The notes under the pieces: model-generated
Databases searched by the model: none
What the model was told of the DNA's origin: nothing
Seen by the model: the letters and a program-made list of their open reading frames with translations, nothing else
Position numbers and translations under genes: made by a program
In this document: piece by piece, positions 1 through 13,743 of the stretch
Layout of the letters: each line of letters begins with the position of its first letter
Numbering within the stretch: position 1 is the first letter of the stretch
Source of the DNA: Felis catus
Lineage: Eukaryota
DNA: 64,000 bases
Direction: 5' to 3'
Assembly (NCBI RefSeq): GCF_018350175.1
Contig: NC_058368.1
Span: forward strand, 81,594,001-81,658,000

Positions 1-227
1 AAACCCCCACTGCGGCAGGCGTCCCAAAGGAGGGCAGGGTGTGGGGAGGAGATGCCCATGGGCACAGATACAAATGCCCTATCAATCAATTTTATTTAAA
101 AGAACCAACACGTTTCCCTTTCTGCCCTAAGTTCTGTAAGAATATGCAAAGCAGTGAAGCTTCTGATGTTCAAACAGCCTATTCTTTTTATTATGTTTAA
201 CCTTACGCTCTTAGAAATGTACCCTTC

Positions 228-451
228 TTTTTGATGTTTATTTATTTCCGAGAGAGACAGAGACAGAAAGAGAGAGAGACAGAGCACAAGCAGGGGAGGG
301 GCAGAGGGAGAGGGAGACACGGAATCCGAAGCAGGCTCCAGGCTCCGAGCTATCAGCACAGAGCTGGACATGGGGCTCAAACTCAAGAACCGTGACATCA
401 TGACCTGAGCCGAAGGCGGACACTTAACCGACTGAGTCCCCCAGGAGCCAC
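228..451 (-). mobile_element. CAN-SINE (SINEC_Fc family)
   Basis: tRNA-derived head, (CT)n body and A-rich tail on the minus strand. Confidence 0.93.
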
Positions 452-1453
452 TTTCTAAATACAAAAACCAGAGTTACATTTTCATCTTTCCCTTGAGTTA
501 TTTAGAGGCCTGAATCATAAAGCCCTCACAGGAAAGCACAAGGCAAATACGAGGAAGGACCAGCCTCTAAGGCACGACCATCAGCTCCCAGGCTGAGTCT
601 CCTTCCTGAAGATTCACAGGCAGAGTGTGGAGCGTCACCTCCTTATTGAGGGGCTTTGTAAACGTGAGGGGACATGACTGTCCTCAAACCTTCAGACGGC
701 AAAACCCAGCTGCCTCTCTGCAGGGTGGAGTCACTTAGGAGCACAAACCCCACCGTCAGGTTCCTGAGTCACAGCCAGCAGGTGTGTGTCCGTCAAGCAG
801 GTGAGGTTTGTCCCCACGCCTGCAGACCCGCAGGAGGTCTCATGTACAGAGAAGTCCTCACTGAAACACCACATGCCACAGTCCTCCCAAACCCCAACAG
901 CACCTCGGTCCCTGTCCTTGCTCCTGGGGACTCGGGCATGTGACACCAAGGGACACACACCTGAGCCGGCGCACAGCAGGGCACTGTGGACACCCGTGTC
1001 ATTCTGGGAAACAGAGGGCTTCAGAGACAGTCTCTAAGCAATTCTATCACAAAAATATAAACAGTGGCTCCTTGCTGGGCAACAAAACAGACGTGTGAAG
1101 GTCACTACGGGGACATGTGAGGGACAGGTCAGTGCTCAGGCTGGGGACTCCAGTCATGGCTCAAAAGCAGAACATGATGGTGGCTGTTGATGCCCTGCTG
1201 TTTCCATAATTCAGAGAACAGAAGAGGACTTTCCTGTTAAGGGAAAAGAAATCCCAATGGCCATGATTTAGAAAGAAGATTAAGACTGTAATTTCAGTAA
1301 AACTGGGATTATACAGATTAAGATTCCTTTTCAAAAATGTATTAACTCTCTCAAGAAATATGTAATCACCCCTATCTCTTTGAGAAACAAGCATGGGAAC
1401 AGACATTTTCAAGATTTCTCTGCAGCAGATACACAACTCTCTTAATAGTAGCA

Positions 1454-1660
1454 GTGCACCTGCAGGCTCAGTCAGTTCACTGTCCGACTCTTGATCTCAG
1501 CTCATGATTCCAGGGTGGTGGGATCGAGCCCCATGTTGGGCTCTGTGCTGAGTGTGGAGCCTGCTTGAGATTCTCGCTCTCTCTCACTCTCTCTGTCCCT
1601 CTCCCCTGATTGTGCTCTCTCTCCAAAATTAAAAAAAAATTTTTTGAATTAAAAAAAAAA
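1454..1660 (+). mobile_element. CAN-SINE (older subfamily)
   Basis: gcacctg..ggctcagtcagtt head, (CT)n body, A tail. Confidence 0.9.
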
Positions 1661-1685
1661 TATGGAGCTGACCATTAGGTATCCA

Positions 1686-1893
1686 TTTTTTTTAAGTTTA
1701 TTCATTCATTTTCAGAGAGAGAGAGAGTACGAGCAGGGGAGGGACAGAGAGAAAGGGAGAGAGAGAATCCCAAGCAGGCACCATGCTGGCAGTGCAGAGC
1801 CTGATGTGGGGCTTGAACCCATAAACCGTGAGATTGTGACCTGGGCCAAAATCAATATTCGGGCACTCAACAGACTGAGCCCCCCAGGTGCCC
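1686..1893 (-). mobile_element. CAN-SINE
   Basis: Full element; degenerate TSD taggtatccattttt/tagatgtccattttt. Confidence 0.9.
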
Positions 1894-2731
1894 ATAGATG
1901 TCCATTTTTAAGAAATGTGCATACATGCTATTTCTCCACACAGAGGTCAAGTAGGTATTTCATTATGAAAACAGTATCCGGTAAAGATACTTTTGCACTG
2001 AACACAACCCCATCATCTTTAGGAAACATATTTTCAACAAACACACAACAGTCACTAACGTCAGAGGAAGACACTTGGGAAAGGGACAAAGTCTTTCCCC
2101 GACCACGTCATGCGGAAGACTGCCATCAGAAGTGTGAGGACACAGGAAGAAACTAGATGCCCATAAACAGGTGGGACCTTCGTGTGAAATCCTGAACCAC
2201 GTGGAGACATTAGCACACAAATATGTAATTTTCAAAGGTTTTAACGTCAATGCTTGATTTGTCTTATTAGTTACCAGCAACCAAATGTAAAAATTCTTCA
2301 CAAAATCTTTTCACCTGTATCTCCATCACTAAAATCACACTGACAACAGACGGAACCAGAAGGCAAAACCACCACAGGCATAAAAGGCAGAGCCCATGGA
2401 CTCTGGGCCTTGGTGTCTCTCTCAGCCTCCGGGGCTGTGTGCCGAGTTCAGCGCCCGCTGCCCTGCGAGCCCGGCTCCTCCACAGCCCCCCGCACACCCG
2501 CGGCGCCCTCCGGCCTCACCCCGGCCCTCCCAGAGCCCCCGCCCACCGCCGACACCACCGGAACCCTCCCAGGTCAGCATCGAGGGTGAGCCCAGCGTCC
2601 CTGGGAAGGTCACAGCCAAGACTGGGCACCACCCTGGGTGGAGGGTGGACCGAAAGGACTGTGTTCTAACCATTCTGATGGCAACGGTCTACTGCAGGAA
2701 CACACCAGTGTGGTCCGGGCCCTGCCAGCAC

Positions 2732-2848
2732 CTGGTAGAAATGGGCCAGTATCCGCAGCTGCGAGCACATTTTCGGGATAGATTCTCGAAACTCTTGAAT
2801 CCTCCTGTTCTCCTCCTCCTCCTCTGCTGCCGTCACTCCCCACCGGCC
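2732..2848 (-). CDS. TUBGCP3: TUBGCP3 exon 21 (117 nt): [39 protein letters not shown]
   Basis: Acceptor ctttag, donor GTGCTG. Confidence 0.95.
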
Positions 2849-3907
2849 CTAAAGAATGGGAAGGACCAGATGAAATTAAAATACGGGTGCGAGAAGCCGC
2901 CAGGGAGGACGGGGCCAGAAGGGGAGGGCGGGGAGAGGCGTGCTTCCCGCGTCCTTGTGCTGCCGCTGAGCACGGACATTTTCCATCAGCACACATGGGC
3001 ACAGAGAACGCCCTCACTCTTAGTGACTACGGTTTTACAGTGCATATGTAGCACATGACACTTCCCGATAATTCGTCAAGCCAAGCAGCCTCTCGCGCCA
3101 AGCAATGCACCGGTCCATCACTGCGTGCTTTCTCGGCACAGATAGCACACACAAAGGGGGGCCGACTGGCCCAAAGTGGGAGTCCGTGAGCCCTTGACGG
3201 TGGTGGGAACACCTCTCGCTACTTTTCCTAAGCATGCCGGCTCTTTCTGCACTGGAAATAGACCTACTACTTCTGGTTCTAAGAGACTGTTCTCAATGCG
3301 CGGTGAGTCTAACTAAAGGGCTTTGCAGCCGGCCTGCACAGGAAGTAGTGTAGGAACTCAGTTTATCAGTGGGAACGTATCCTGGTAAGACAACGATGAA
3401 ACACTGGTTTCTCTTACAGCTGCTCTTTCTGTGTCCTCTGGAAGCTTTAGCACGTCACCCTTCCTGTTCAGACTCAGCCCACCGTGCTGCCTGTGGGTGT
3501 GAGGCAGGGCCAAGCCACAGCTGCCTGACTCCACCTACTGATGACCCATCGCCCACTGTCCTCAGTCGGGAACTGACGGTCCCAGGAGGCGTAGGGCCGT
3601 TTCTGGATGTCTCTCTGCTCACAACTGCCCGTGGCGGTGCCAACGCCGTCCTGCTCCCTGCCGTGTTTTCACGGCTAAGTCCCGAGTGCTCAGGTTACTC
3701 AACGTCTCTTCTCTGTACACCATGCCCTACATATTTCCACATCAACTGTAGAGTTGGTTTATCATTTCTTACCGAAAGAAAAAAAAGTATGAAGGCCCAC
3801 AAAAATCCCAGAACTGCTGGGATCAGAACCGGGATGGAACTGAGTCGGTTCTCCAATCCACAAATACAACATATTCCACTTAGGGGCCCTTTACGATCTC
3901 TGTGACG

Positions 3908-4105
3908 CAGCAGTTCGCAGACCTTGTTTGCCAAGGGTCAGGGGGCACACAGCGTGGAGTCTGTGGGCCACCAGGCCGACACCATCATGGCGCTGCCACC
4001 AGCCCATGCGGGCAGCCACGGATGGCTGCCCCAACACAACTCCGTCTGCGGGAACACTCAGGAGGCCGGGCCGCCGTCCTCGCGCACAGTCTCTTGAACA
4101 CCACA
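3908..4105. mobile_element. Possible highly diverged hAT-Charlie MITE (MER58-like)
   Basis: Motif order resembles the MER58A consensus as I recall it; heavily GC-shifted. Confidence 0.35.
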
Positions 4106-5351
4106 GTGACCGTACGTCCAAGTGACTGCTTCTGCAGTTATTTTGCCCACTGGATTTAAATAATTTCTCCGAGACAGTTCGAGCTTTCAGCTGTCCTACG
4201 GTATCCCTAAGCACATCTGAATGAAACACACCGAATAGTCCTGACTCATTATGTAGATGCGTTCCACTCCGGTGCTGATGGCTTACAGTCTGGAGAGAGA
4301 ACGTTCAACTCCCACACAACTGGCCGCCCCGCTACTACAAGAATGTGAAAATCCCAAGGACTGATTTTTGCAGATTTTATATAGTTTAGTAATTCTCGAG
4401 AAGGGTAGATTCTGCGGGGCTGTGGGCAGCTTTACAAATCACAGCAGTAACTAGCTTTTACTGAATGCTTCCTAAACGCTAAGTCACTGGTGTGCATGAC
4501 ACACGCCGACAGGTCACCACGGGGTCTTACTTAGCGTCACTCCCCTTTCATAGACAAGGAGACCTGCCCTGGAGAAGTCAAGCCACCCAGAAGGACGCCA
4601 CCAGCGAGCACGGCCAGGGTGTAGTCTTTGGTCGGTCTGGCACCCGGGCGTGCCTGCACACGGGCCAGGCGGCATTTTGGGGTCACACACACACCCCCAT
4701 CTCGGCGACAGTAGTGGAGCAGGCCTCTTCCTGTTCCCAGAAACCCTGAGGGGACGGCATGTGCTCTAAGTGGTTTTGAGTTTTCCACATTAAATAGGGT
4801 CCTAACACAAATTTTAAGGAAACAGTTAAAAATAAGACTAATCAAACTGTGTCAACTGAAAAATTTGTCACTCAAGAAGAAGCACCTTAAAAAGGTAAAA
4901 AATTATACAGATTATATCAGATACAAGAAGTCTCCTAAACAGCCCAACTTGCTCAATAAATCTTCACATTCCAAGGTCACGGAGGACACAAACGTACTTT
5001 AGGGAGGTCACTGAAAACAGCCACAAGTGCACAACTTAAGTTCCCACATGGACACACACAGCCACCAGCTCCAGGGGACAGGTGACGCAGAGCTGGGCAC
5101 TGTTTGCAGAGACGTCAGCACCTCCCTCACGGGATTCCCGCGGATGCTGTCTTCATTTATTTTCAAGACAGGATGACAGCGATGGTGACCGGTCCCCTGG
5201 AGCAGTCAGTACCGCCTCAGGACTCCGCACGCAGGTGTGCACACGGCGTTAGTCAAATATCTCAGCAGGGAAGTTACCTGTCGTATTCGTGACTATGGTG
5301 GCAATAAGCTCATTTTTAAACCTGGTAAACCCCCCGGTGTCACAGCCATAC

Positions 5352-5492
5352 CTCGACTTCATTCTGTTTCTTTTTCTCCTCAAACTGTAATCGTCTCTGT
5401 AACTCTTCCAGAGCCGCTCTGTATATCGCATCTTGAGTGTTCTGAAGTTCGATGATCTGATCAAACACGGCTCTTAGTTGATTTAAAAGTGC
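5352..5492 (-). CDS. TUBGCP3: TUBGCP3 exon 20 (141 nt): [47 protein letters not shown]
   Basis: Acceptor cctcag, donor GTATGG. Confidence 0.96.
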
Positions 5493-6279
5493 CTGAGGAC
5501 AGGAGACAAAGATTTTTCTTTTAACGACTAGAGTCCCAACATGCTCATTCCGAAGTTGTTCCAAAGAACATGGACGAATAGTAAAAAGGCACGAAGAAAC
5601 AAGATATCAACTCACACCCTCAAAGGGCTCTGCCTGTCCACTCGCGCGTACTGAGCACGCACCATGAGGCACAGGGTCCCGTGTCACCCACACCCTCAGA
5701 GCACATCACAAGCCACAGCGCAGCCCCAGGAGCAGAGATACTGCGAGGGCAGAAAGGAACAGGAAAGCAATTCCATTTTCTCCACCCTTTGGAGCCACAC
5801 ACACCCAGACCAGACATGGGAGATCCGAGAAAAGAGATTCTTAATGAAATAAAAGAAGAAACAGATTCAGCACAGTTTTTAAAAATCAGCTCACAGCAGG
5901 CATACACGGACGGTCCCACACTGGAAGCCGCCAGTGTTTGGGCCCAGCGTCTCCACGCTGCACGGCGCCCTCCACAGGTACCTACCAGATTTCAGGTGGG
6001 CTTCCTCCCAGTGAGGCCCCGAAACAGAGCTCAGCAAACATCATTTAGGTAGAAGCCAAAGACACATCCGTGCAAAATGCCACATATGCATCCAAGGCCC
6101 AACAGCAAACACAAAGACAACTGGACCAACGGTGGGGATGGGAGGGGTGCGGGGGGGTGGGATGTGAAACCCAATAAACACAAGTCTTTCACGGATGGAC
6201 AACAGCGCCCCACGACTGAAGAGGGGCGTCTACTCGATCCTCCGCCAGCTTAGAGTTTTAAAAAACCCATTAACAATTT

Positions 6280-7100
6280 GAGAGGAAGAAAATGTTGAAA
6301 TCACAGGAAAAAAATCATGCTAAAACGTAACAGCCACTCATGACTTATCCAAAGCATCTAAGCAAACTAGGACTCAAGGACCCTCTGTAATCTGATAAAG
6401 GTCCTGGGAGATCTCCCGGCGACATTGCAGTCAGGGGTGAAAGAAGAAAATGTGTCTTCCATGTCAGGGATGTGGCGTGCGTGCTCCTGGTTGACCCAGC
6501 TAACATCCTAAGTCAAAAGAGCCAAACATACCCGTGGAAAGGAAGAAACAAAATGGTTTTCCCTATAAAAACGGGACCTACGCGGATCTAGAAACTACTA
6601 GGATAAAAAAAGCAGACAAAAGAGCAAAATGAAATCGACAGCATCCCTACAGACCAGCCAAACCGCACACACGTACTAAAGGCCTACAAGAGATGTGCAG
6701 AATGTTATGGGACAAGATGATGTGACTTTACAGAGAAGCAGAGGGGCTCCAAGCTCACGGGCAGGCGGAAGCAGTGAGGCTGACAGGCCCAGCCTACCGC
6801 TGCTGGAGAAGGAGCTCGAGTTGGTGAGGACATATGCAAGGCCACCATCACGGCACTGTCTACGGGACTCACTGCACCCACTCAGACACACCCCCGCATG
6901 GGGCTACTAACTGCTGGGCATGAACCTCACTACCTTGTAGCTGCCCCCAGGGTGAGGACGCCAGGACCCGGGGCAGACACCAGGCTTACCATAAGGCTAC
7001 TTGTTCTCTTGCTTAATAACAAGAAAGCAAAACAAAAGATGGACGTGGGCTAATCTTTTGTTTTTAAGAAAGATGTATTCACTACTTAGGAGCGGTTAAC
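6280..7100 (+). mobile_element. Ancient L1 (L1M-type) ORF2/3' remnant
   Basis: Degenerate L1 ORF2-like motifs (aaaaaatcatg, ctgataaagg, ggtgaaaga, ctagaaactact); boundaries approximate. Confidence 0.55.
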
Positions 7101-7446
7101 TACTGTACGAAGTGACGGAATGCTCTTTCTTCACTCAGGGTGCGAGGAGGACTCTGTCAGCAGTATGCCCGCACGGCATGGCCGCGACCGTGTGTTCTGG
7201 GCCACCATCAGTCGGCAGCAGAGTCGGGTGGGGTTCAGGTCCTTCCTTGGCATGCAGAGGCGAGGATCATGTGTGTGCACACCCGCAGGATGATGCAGTA
7301 TCAGAAAGCCTTACTTCTGACTAAGGGAGACACCAAAAATACACTGAATTTTCATAACAGATTGCTTGAATCTATTCTAGATTGGGTTCCTTAAAAAACA
7401 AGACCTCTAGTGATTATTTTAAATCATCAAATTAAAAGTAAAACTA

Positions 7447-7670
7447 GGAGTGTCTAGATGGCTTTGTCAGTTAAGCGTCCAACTCTGGCTCAGGTCATGA
7501 TCTCACGGTTCATGGGTTCGAGCCCCGCATCGGGCTCCATGCTGACAGCTCAGAGCCTGGAGCCTGCTTCTGATTCTGTGTCTCCCTCTCTCTCTGCCCC
7601 TCCCCTGCTTGTGCTCTGTCTCTCTCTCTCTCAAAAATAAATTTAAAAAGAAAAAATTAAAAACAACATT
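7447..7670 (+). mobile_element. CAN-SINE (SINEC_Fc family)
   Basis: Full element; TSD aaagtaaaac(t/c)a. Confidence 0.93.
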
Positions 7671-8987
7671 TTAAAGTAAAACCATCAGCAAAGGGGCCAT
7701 TTCAAAAATGGACAGTAAGTCTTTAGCGTACTGACTTCTTCACTGAAGGAGACATAGGACCAACTCACATGTGAACTTTCCACGACCACGAGAGAGTGTG
7801 TTACAGGTAAAACATTTTCTGCTTGGATTCTGCTCATGTCAGTGGGAATCTTCTGGAGGCAAGAGGTGTGACTGTTGCGTACGTGACTGTCCCGTGTGGC
7901 TGAAACCACACGCGGTCGGCCGCTGACTGCTCCTCACTCCCCACGTAGACTGAGGTCAGTGTGGGTGTAACCCTCAGGAGCTCACGCATTACACCTGCCC
8001 AAGCTCGATCTCTGTAACACACACAGAATGGCTCTGAACCATTCTGGACCTGACTTACACACAGGTCACTAACCGTCGTGCATCAGGCGCCACCATGATG
8101 GATGGTTTCCATCAATTATACCATTTACCCCCCACAGACCTATGTGAGAGAGACGAGCGTCACACCCGCTTGACACGACAGCGCTGTGCCCACACAGCAC
8201 ACACGGATGCACATCCGCAGACAGGTAGCACGCGTGCCGCCAAGCAGACAAGATGACCCCACGAGTGTCCGGGAGCTCAGCCGATAAAGACGAGGCTCAC
8301 TAACAGTAACCAAGGACAAAAGGCTGCAGGCACACAGTTCTTACGTCACTCATCACACCCCAAGTGCTTTCAGTTACTTCTGTGCCATCGTTTCAACCCA
8401 CTTACCCAAGCATGTGGGTAATCGACTCCCACCCAGGAGCACGTGAGCGCTGTGGTACGCAGACGAGGGCGGTGTTCACCAGTGTGGCACACTAACACCT
8501 GCTTGCCCAGGGAACGCAGCTGCGCCCAGCGCGAGCCCCCAGAAGCATTGTGCTCCCCTCAGGGAGCTGCCGGCTTAGCCAGACGCGACCCTCCACGACC
8601 CCAAAGTCACACATTTAGTATCAAAAACGCGCCTGACATTTTGACTCTTACATCAGAATAGATTTCCCCAGATGTCCGAATAAAATCACGACTCCAGAAG
8701 GTTTGGCCACGTGAACAGCCACTTTCGGAACAGGGGCCCACAGGGAAGCGATGCTAACAACCAAGCCAGGGCCGCGGAACACAAGCAACGCTTAGAGTTC
8801 ATCTAGACAAATACTGTTTTCCGACTTGTGTAGCCAGAGGCTCGCTCCGTGAAGGCACACACAGGAAACACCACCGTCCCTAGAGAGCACGTGAAGGCAC
8901 AGCCCGGTGCTCCGCACATCCTCACACCCTCTCCTGAACGTGGGCAGTTCCTACCGCTCGTGGTTCACCTGTGTCTTCCGAGCCCAA

Positions 8988-9023
8988 GAGCCCACAGGTG
9001 GGTGAGAGCCCACGGGTGGGTGT
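8988..9023. repeat. 18-bp tandem duplication gagcccac(a/g)ggtgggtg
   Basis: Two adjacent near-identical copies. Confidence 0.8.
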
Positions 9024-9222
9024 GAACACACACTTTACCAGTTTCATACACATTTCAGAGCGTGTTGTTATTCTAACTCTGCCCAGAAACGGTCAACCTT
9101 GAACTCCAAGTGATTAGTTACCACAATGTGGGCATCAGGCAATCTCTAAGATCTCCCTGGGACAGGAGCCCAACACGCAGGCCACACTACTGGTCTCCGT
9201 GTAAAAGGCATGTCCATCTTAC

Positions 9223-9354
9223 TCTGGAGTCGGCGTCCAGCAGACAGCGGGAGATGATGGTGTCCAGGAACACCTCGTGCGCGGCGATGATGTGGTCCAG
9301 GTCCTGGGCCTGCTGCACCTTGTTCCAAAGCTCATCCCAAGAACACTCAAGCAC
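9223..9354 (-). CDS. TUBGCP3: TUBGCP3 exon 19 (132 nt): [44 protein letters not shown]
   Basis: Acceptor ttcctag, donor GTAAGA; 121-nt intron separates it from exon 18. Confidence 0.96.
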
Positions 9355-9475
9355 CTAGGAAACAACAACGTGAGACTCAGGACGGAGGTCATGTCTTCCT
9401 GGTGTAGGTTCTTTGACGAAACTCACCACATAAGACATCGTGACTTATTTAAACCAAAGGGTGCTCAGGAAGTAC

Positions 9476-9564
9476 CTCGAATGTGATGTAGTACTGCATC
9501 TGGTGGATGAAATGGACCATCTCGGACGCCAGGATGTGGCAGTGGTGCAGCACCCCGGAGAACT
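9476..9564 (-). CDS. TUBGCP3: TUBGCP3 exon 18 (89 nt): (E)[29 protein letters not shown]
   Basis: Acceptor cttgcag, donor GTACTT. Confidence 0.96.
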
Positions 9565-11312
9565 CTGCAAGAGAGCCGCAGAGCTGGTGTCACACACACA
9601 ACACGCTCAAACGGCACACCTGCTCCCACCCGTTCATCTGCAATCACTTTCAAAAACAAACAATCGCTGGCTTTAACTCTTAGCCCCTTAAAACAGGGAG
9701 CAGTCTTTTTCCATGGTCAACCTCCGTGCCATTCAAGCTACACAAGGGTTTAGCTACCTAATCAACAGCATCACATTACTTTACGTGACATAAGGACCTG
9801 ATAAGGAACAGCACAAAACAAAATATTTGCATCTGAAAATTCAGTAGACAAGTTGCTTCACAAGTATGAATTCACGCTCAATGCCGTGGCTTCTTTACAA
9901 CACGTGTGCTGCTGTTGCGCGAGACCTCGGGACTCCCAGCAATCTGGAGACAAAAGTGACATTTCCTGAAGGGCCCAAATAGGACCTCGTCACCTGAGAG
10001 ACAGATGAACTGGGAGGAGATGGGCCTGAGCCCAGACTCTGCTTCTGTTCTTTGCAAGATTATAAAGCCATCAAAAGGCTTGAAGGTCACCACAGAACAG
10101 CCGTTCTCTGCTCACACTTCCAATTTTTCATTCAAAGACTCCACCAGAGTACCAGAGCCACCACAATAGAGGGTTCAGTCAGAGATGAGACCATCAAAGG
10201 AATGGTTTAAGCACATTTATTTTTGTTTCCACCCCAAATGCCTTTAATTGCGTGGTTAAATAATCATCGCTGCACACAGTTATTCGAGAAACCATTCTTG
10301 TCCCTTTGTAAGACAGTAACGAGGAAGCGAAATAGGGACTTGTAGAGAAACAGTGGTGATGCATACTTTAGAAAACAATCCTTTCTCCAGGTTAAGGGGT
10401 ATGGGACACGTGGGGACTGTGCTGGCTGGCGGAGACAGCAGGCCCCCTCAGAAGACGAGCCTGAGCGACAAGCCCCCTGATGTCTTCCCTGCCATCGGGA
10501 GCCTGCCTCCCGCGGCTGTGGTCAACGGTGTCGTAAAGAATAGGTAACATGAGCCCTGAATGAAGAATGTACTTCTCCTAATAAAACTCTCAGAGGGGGC
10601 TAAGATGTCCCAACTCCCACTCCCAGCCCATTTACCTAAATTACTTTCAGCATAAAAGAGTATAATAAAAGGCTGCTGTAAGTACAACTCACCCCCCGTG
10701 TCACGGGGGAAGCAAGCTTCTATTACAACTCCATCCTGGGCTTTGCCCCAGGGCTGAGGACAGGGATGGTGCTCCCTCCCCCGCAAGGCCAGGCAGTCTC
10801 CCCTGGACAGATGTGTACTCAGGACACCCGCAGCACGCAGACGCTCCTTTACACAGCATACATGACAGCGAACAGGTCTCACTGTGACACCCAAACCTCC
10901 GGGTCTTCCTTCCAGCACAACTGCGCTGGGTCCAAACACGCCACTTTGCACGGAGCCAAGTGAAAGCCGTCTGCTTGTCTTTCAGCCTCGTGAGAAGGCA
11001 TCTCTGTGTCCTGACATTCCTTCCACAGAGAGTTTAACATCACTCATGGACTGCAGATTCCATGCTTGTCCTGACAGACGTGCATGAAGACGGTAAGCAG
11101 GCCCCAGATGTGCTACAGGAGTACAGAAATCCGTGTGGCCCATCTCATCATCTGCCCAAGTCAGTGTGCTACACGCAACGGGAAAATCTCAACTCAACAA
11201 ACACGCGGGTGTCACTGCTCTCGTCTCTAGGTCTTGGGGCCCCCGAGGGTGCGCTGGGGTCCCATCCACTATCAATCCAGCAGTCCTCGGATAATGTGTT
11301 GGCTTTTATGTG

Positions 11313-11357
11313 CGCCTTATATGACTTTGCTAACGCCTTATATGACTTTGCTAACGC
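11313..11357. repeat. Perfect 21-bp tandem duplication cgccttatatgactttgctaa
   Basis: Two exact copies plus cgc. Confidence 0.92.
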
Positions 11358-11399
11358 ATTCTACATGTCACATGTGATCACATAAACGAGGAATTCGGT

Positions 11400-12090
11400 C
11401 GGGCCTCACACAGCTAACACGGTGCCCCGCCCACCATTGCTGACTCCGCTTCATGACACGGGGTGACCTGGTGCACAATTTCTCCACCGCCGATTAATCT
11501 ACGAAAACCTCTCGTGTCTCGAGTCACGCTGGCGCCAACCTCAAATTCCTGGCTGTGGGCCTTGGCTAGTCATCCATGCTACCTGGAAACCCTGGGATCT
11601 CCGTGCCTTCCTGCCTTCCTCTGACACAGCGGCTTCCCACCCGCCACCTCTGCCCTGGAGCCCTCCCCCAGGAAGCTCCCAGAAGCTCCCACGGCACCCA
11701 GGGTCACCCCCACTCACACTGTCTACACCCTCATTTCTAGTTCAGATATGTCTCAGGTTGCAAATCAATTCAAACCAGATGTATCACGTAGATTCTTATA
11801 AGCACCTCACATTAACATGCCTAAAACTGAAGCATTACCCCCAAAGGTGCCCTCCCCAGCTCCAAACAGGGCCCAGTCACCCAGCCCTGCGCCCAAGAAC
11901 TCCGTCAAGTTCACGCACGTCCCCCTGACCCCAGCTGCTGTGTCCACCAGGCATCCAGCACAGCCACCCTCCTCACAGCACCATCACCAACCTCCAACCT
12001 CGCCTCTGATGCTCATTTTCATCATTGACGACATAGTGGCTTTCAGAACCAAACAAGTCCGAGCACGTCCCACACCCTTGAAAAGACACT
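11400..12090 (+). mobile_element. L2 LINE remnant
   Basis: gcacctcacattaacatgcctaaaactgaa and related L2-like motifs; boundaries approximate. Confidence 0.55.
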
Positions 12091-12105
12091 TAAAGCATAC
12101 TTAAA

Positions 12106-12358
12106 GGGCACCTGGGTGGCTCAGTTGGTTAAGCGTCCGACTTTGGCTCAAGTCATGATCTCAAGGTTCATGCGTTCAAGACCCACTCTGTGGGTCTTGC
12201 GCTCTGTGCTAACAGCTCAGAGCCTGCAGCATGCTTCGGATTCTGTGTCTTCCTCTCTTCTCTCCCCTCCCCCACCTGTGCACGCATGTGCATGTGTGTG
12301 CTCTCTCCTAACATTAAAATAAGTAAATTTAAAGAATAAATAAAACATAATTAAAATA
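12106..12358 (+). mobile_element. CAN-SINE
   Basis: Full element with a small internal insertion. Confidence 0.92.
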
Positions 12359-12939
12359 TAAATACTTGTGTTTTTATGATTGACCTACAAATAATCGCAA
12401 AAGCAAAGCAACATTCGTACCGAGGTCCAAAAAATACATAAACACAAGCATCTCCCAGTGAACGCATTTAAAAAAAAGCAGACAGTTTCCTGCACAAAAT
12501 CTGGAATGAGGAGTCTCTCCTGATCACTCCTAACTCCTTGCTGCCCTCTACAGGTGCCTGAGGAACACAGAGTCTCATGAAACACCCTGCCCCAGGCTCC
12601 AGAAGGACTGGACGGCGTGCTATGGGGGCATCTTCAGCGGGAAGCACCTTCGACAGCATGCAGGGTCATTAAAAATTACACCAAGTTTGTTTTTTTAAAA
12701 AGTACCCTAAAACAGTTTCTTCACAACTGCAAACCACCTCCTTCAACCTGCATTAATAACTGACACTACTATATTTAAAAGTGACTATCAAATTACCCAT
12801 CTGATTAATTTTTCAAGGCTAAGGCTTCAAAGAGTGTTCCGAATCTCTACTCACCACAAAGGGCCTCCTGCAAACGCCATTTGCTGTCACCATGTCACCA
12901 GGAAGGTGGCAGTGACACCTGAACAAGTATCCACCCCCA

Positions 12940-13110
12940 CCGGGGCCAGCACTGGTAAGTGCATTACACAGACCTGGAAGTAAGCACTGTCGACATCCCT
13001 CCCCCCATGAGGAAACTGAGGCAGGAGACAAGGAAGTCAGCTGTGGCCACAGCCTGGTGCTGAGGGACCGCGCACAAACCCGGGCAATGCCGCCCAGCAA
13101 AAGTCCGGCA
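12940..13110 (-). mobile_element. MIR remnant
   Basis: atgaggaaactgaggcag core. Confidence 0.65.
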
Positions 13111-13518
13111 TTGAGAGCTGTTAATAAATGTGTAATTATTGAGGAGTACCTACTCATCAGCGTATACAAAAATGATACACACAAAGAGAACCTCTAAGGA
13201 GAAAAATGCCTACTCGTTTTTTAAGTTATCATTTCTGCAGGTCTGGAACACTGTCAATCATCAGATGAACCATTATTGTATTAATCACCAAGAAAGAGAA
13301 ACTACTGCCAATTAAACTGGCAGAATGCCACAGCAGTCCCGTGGTGACAGGTCTCCCCCAAGGACCCCACCGCCTCTCCCACCTCCACCACCTTCAATTT
13401 CATTTCTTACAAGGACCAAGAAGGAGATCATTTTAATACCACCCTCTGGGGAGGGAGGGACCTCCATTCACTCTCTTCCCTCAACACACAAAGGTTGAGA
13501 AGCGTACAAGCTCATTTG

Positions 13519-13678
13519 GACACCTGGGTGGCTCAGCTGGTTAAGCATCCAACTTCAGCTCAGGTCATGATCTCATGGTTCATGGGTTCAAGCCCTGCAT
13601 CAGGCTCTGTGCTGACAACTCAGAGCCTGGAGCCTGCTTCAGATTCTGTGTCTCCCTCTCTCTCTGCCCCTCCCCTGC

Positions 13679-13711
<33 letters not shown>

Positions 13712-13743
13712 TGTAAAAATAAACATTAAATTTTTTTTTTAAT
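13519..13743 (+). mobile_element. CAN-SINE
   Basis: Exact 14-bp TSD tacaagctcatttg (13505-13518 / 13744-13757). Confidence 0.95.

Noticed and set aside
96..464. Recurring ORFs of the type AQSVKRPTSAQVMISRF... here and throughout the window
   Set aside because: Translations of CAN-SINEs, not genes
1..2731. Search for the terminal TUBGCP3 exon (GIVQQFLVLL...)
   Set aside because: Not found; it must lie beyond the left edge
2396..3058. 220-aa plus-strand ORF
   Set aside because: Antisense to exon 21 and GC-rich intron; Pro-rich low complexity with no recognisable domain
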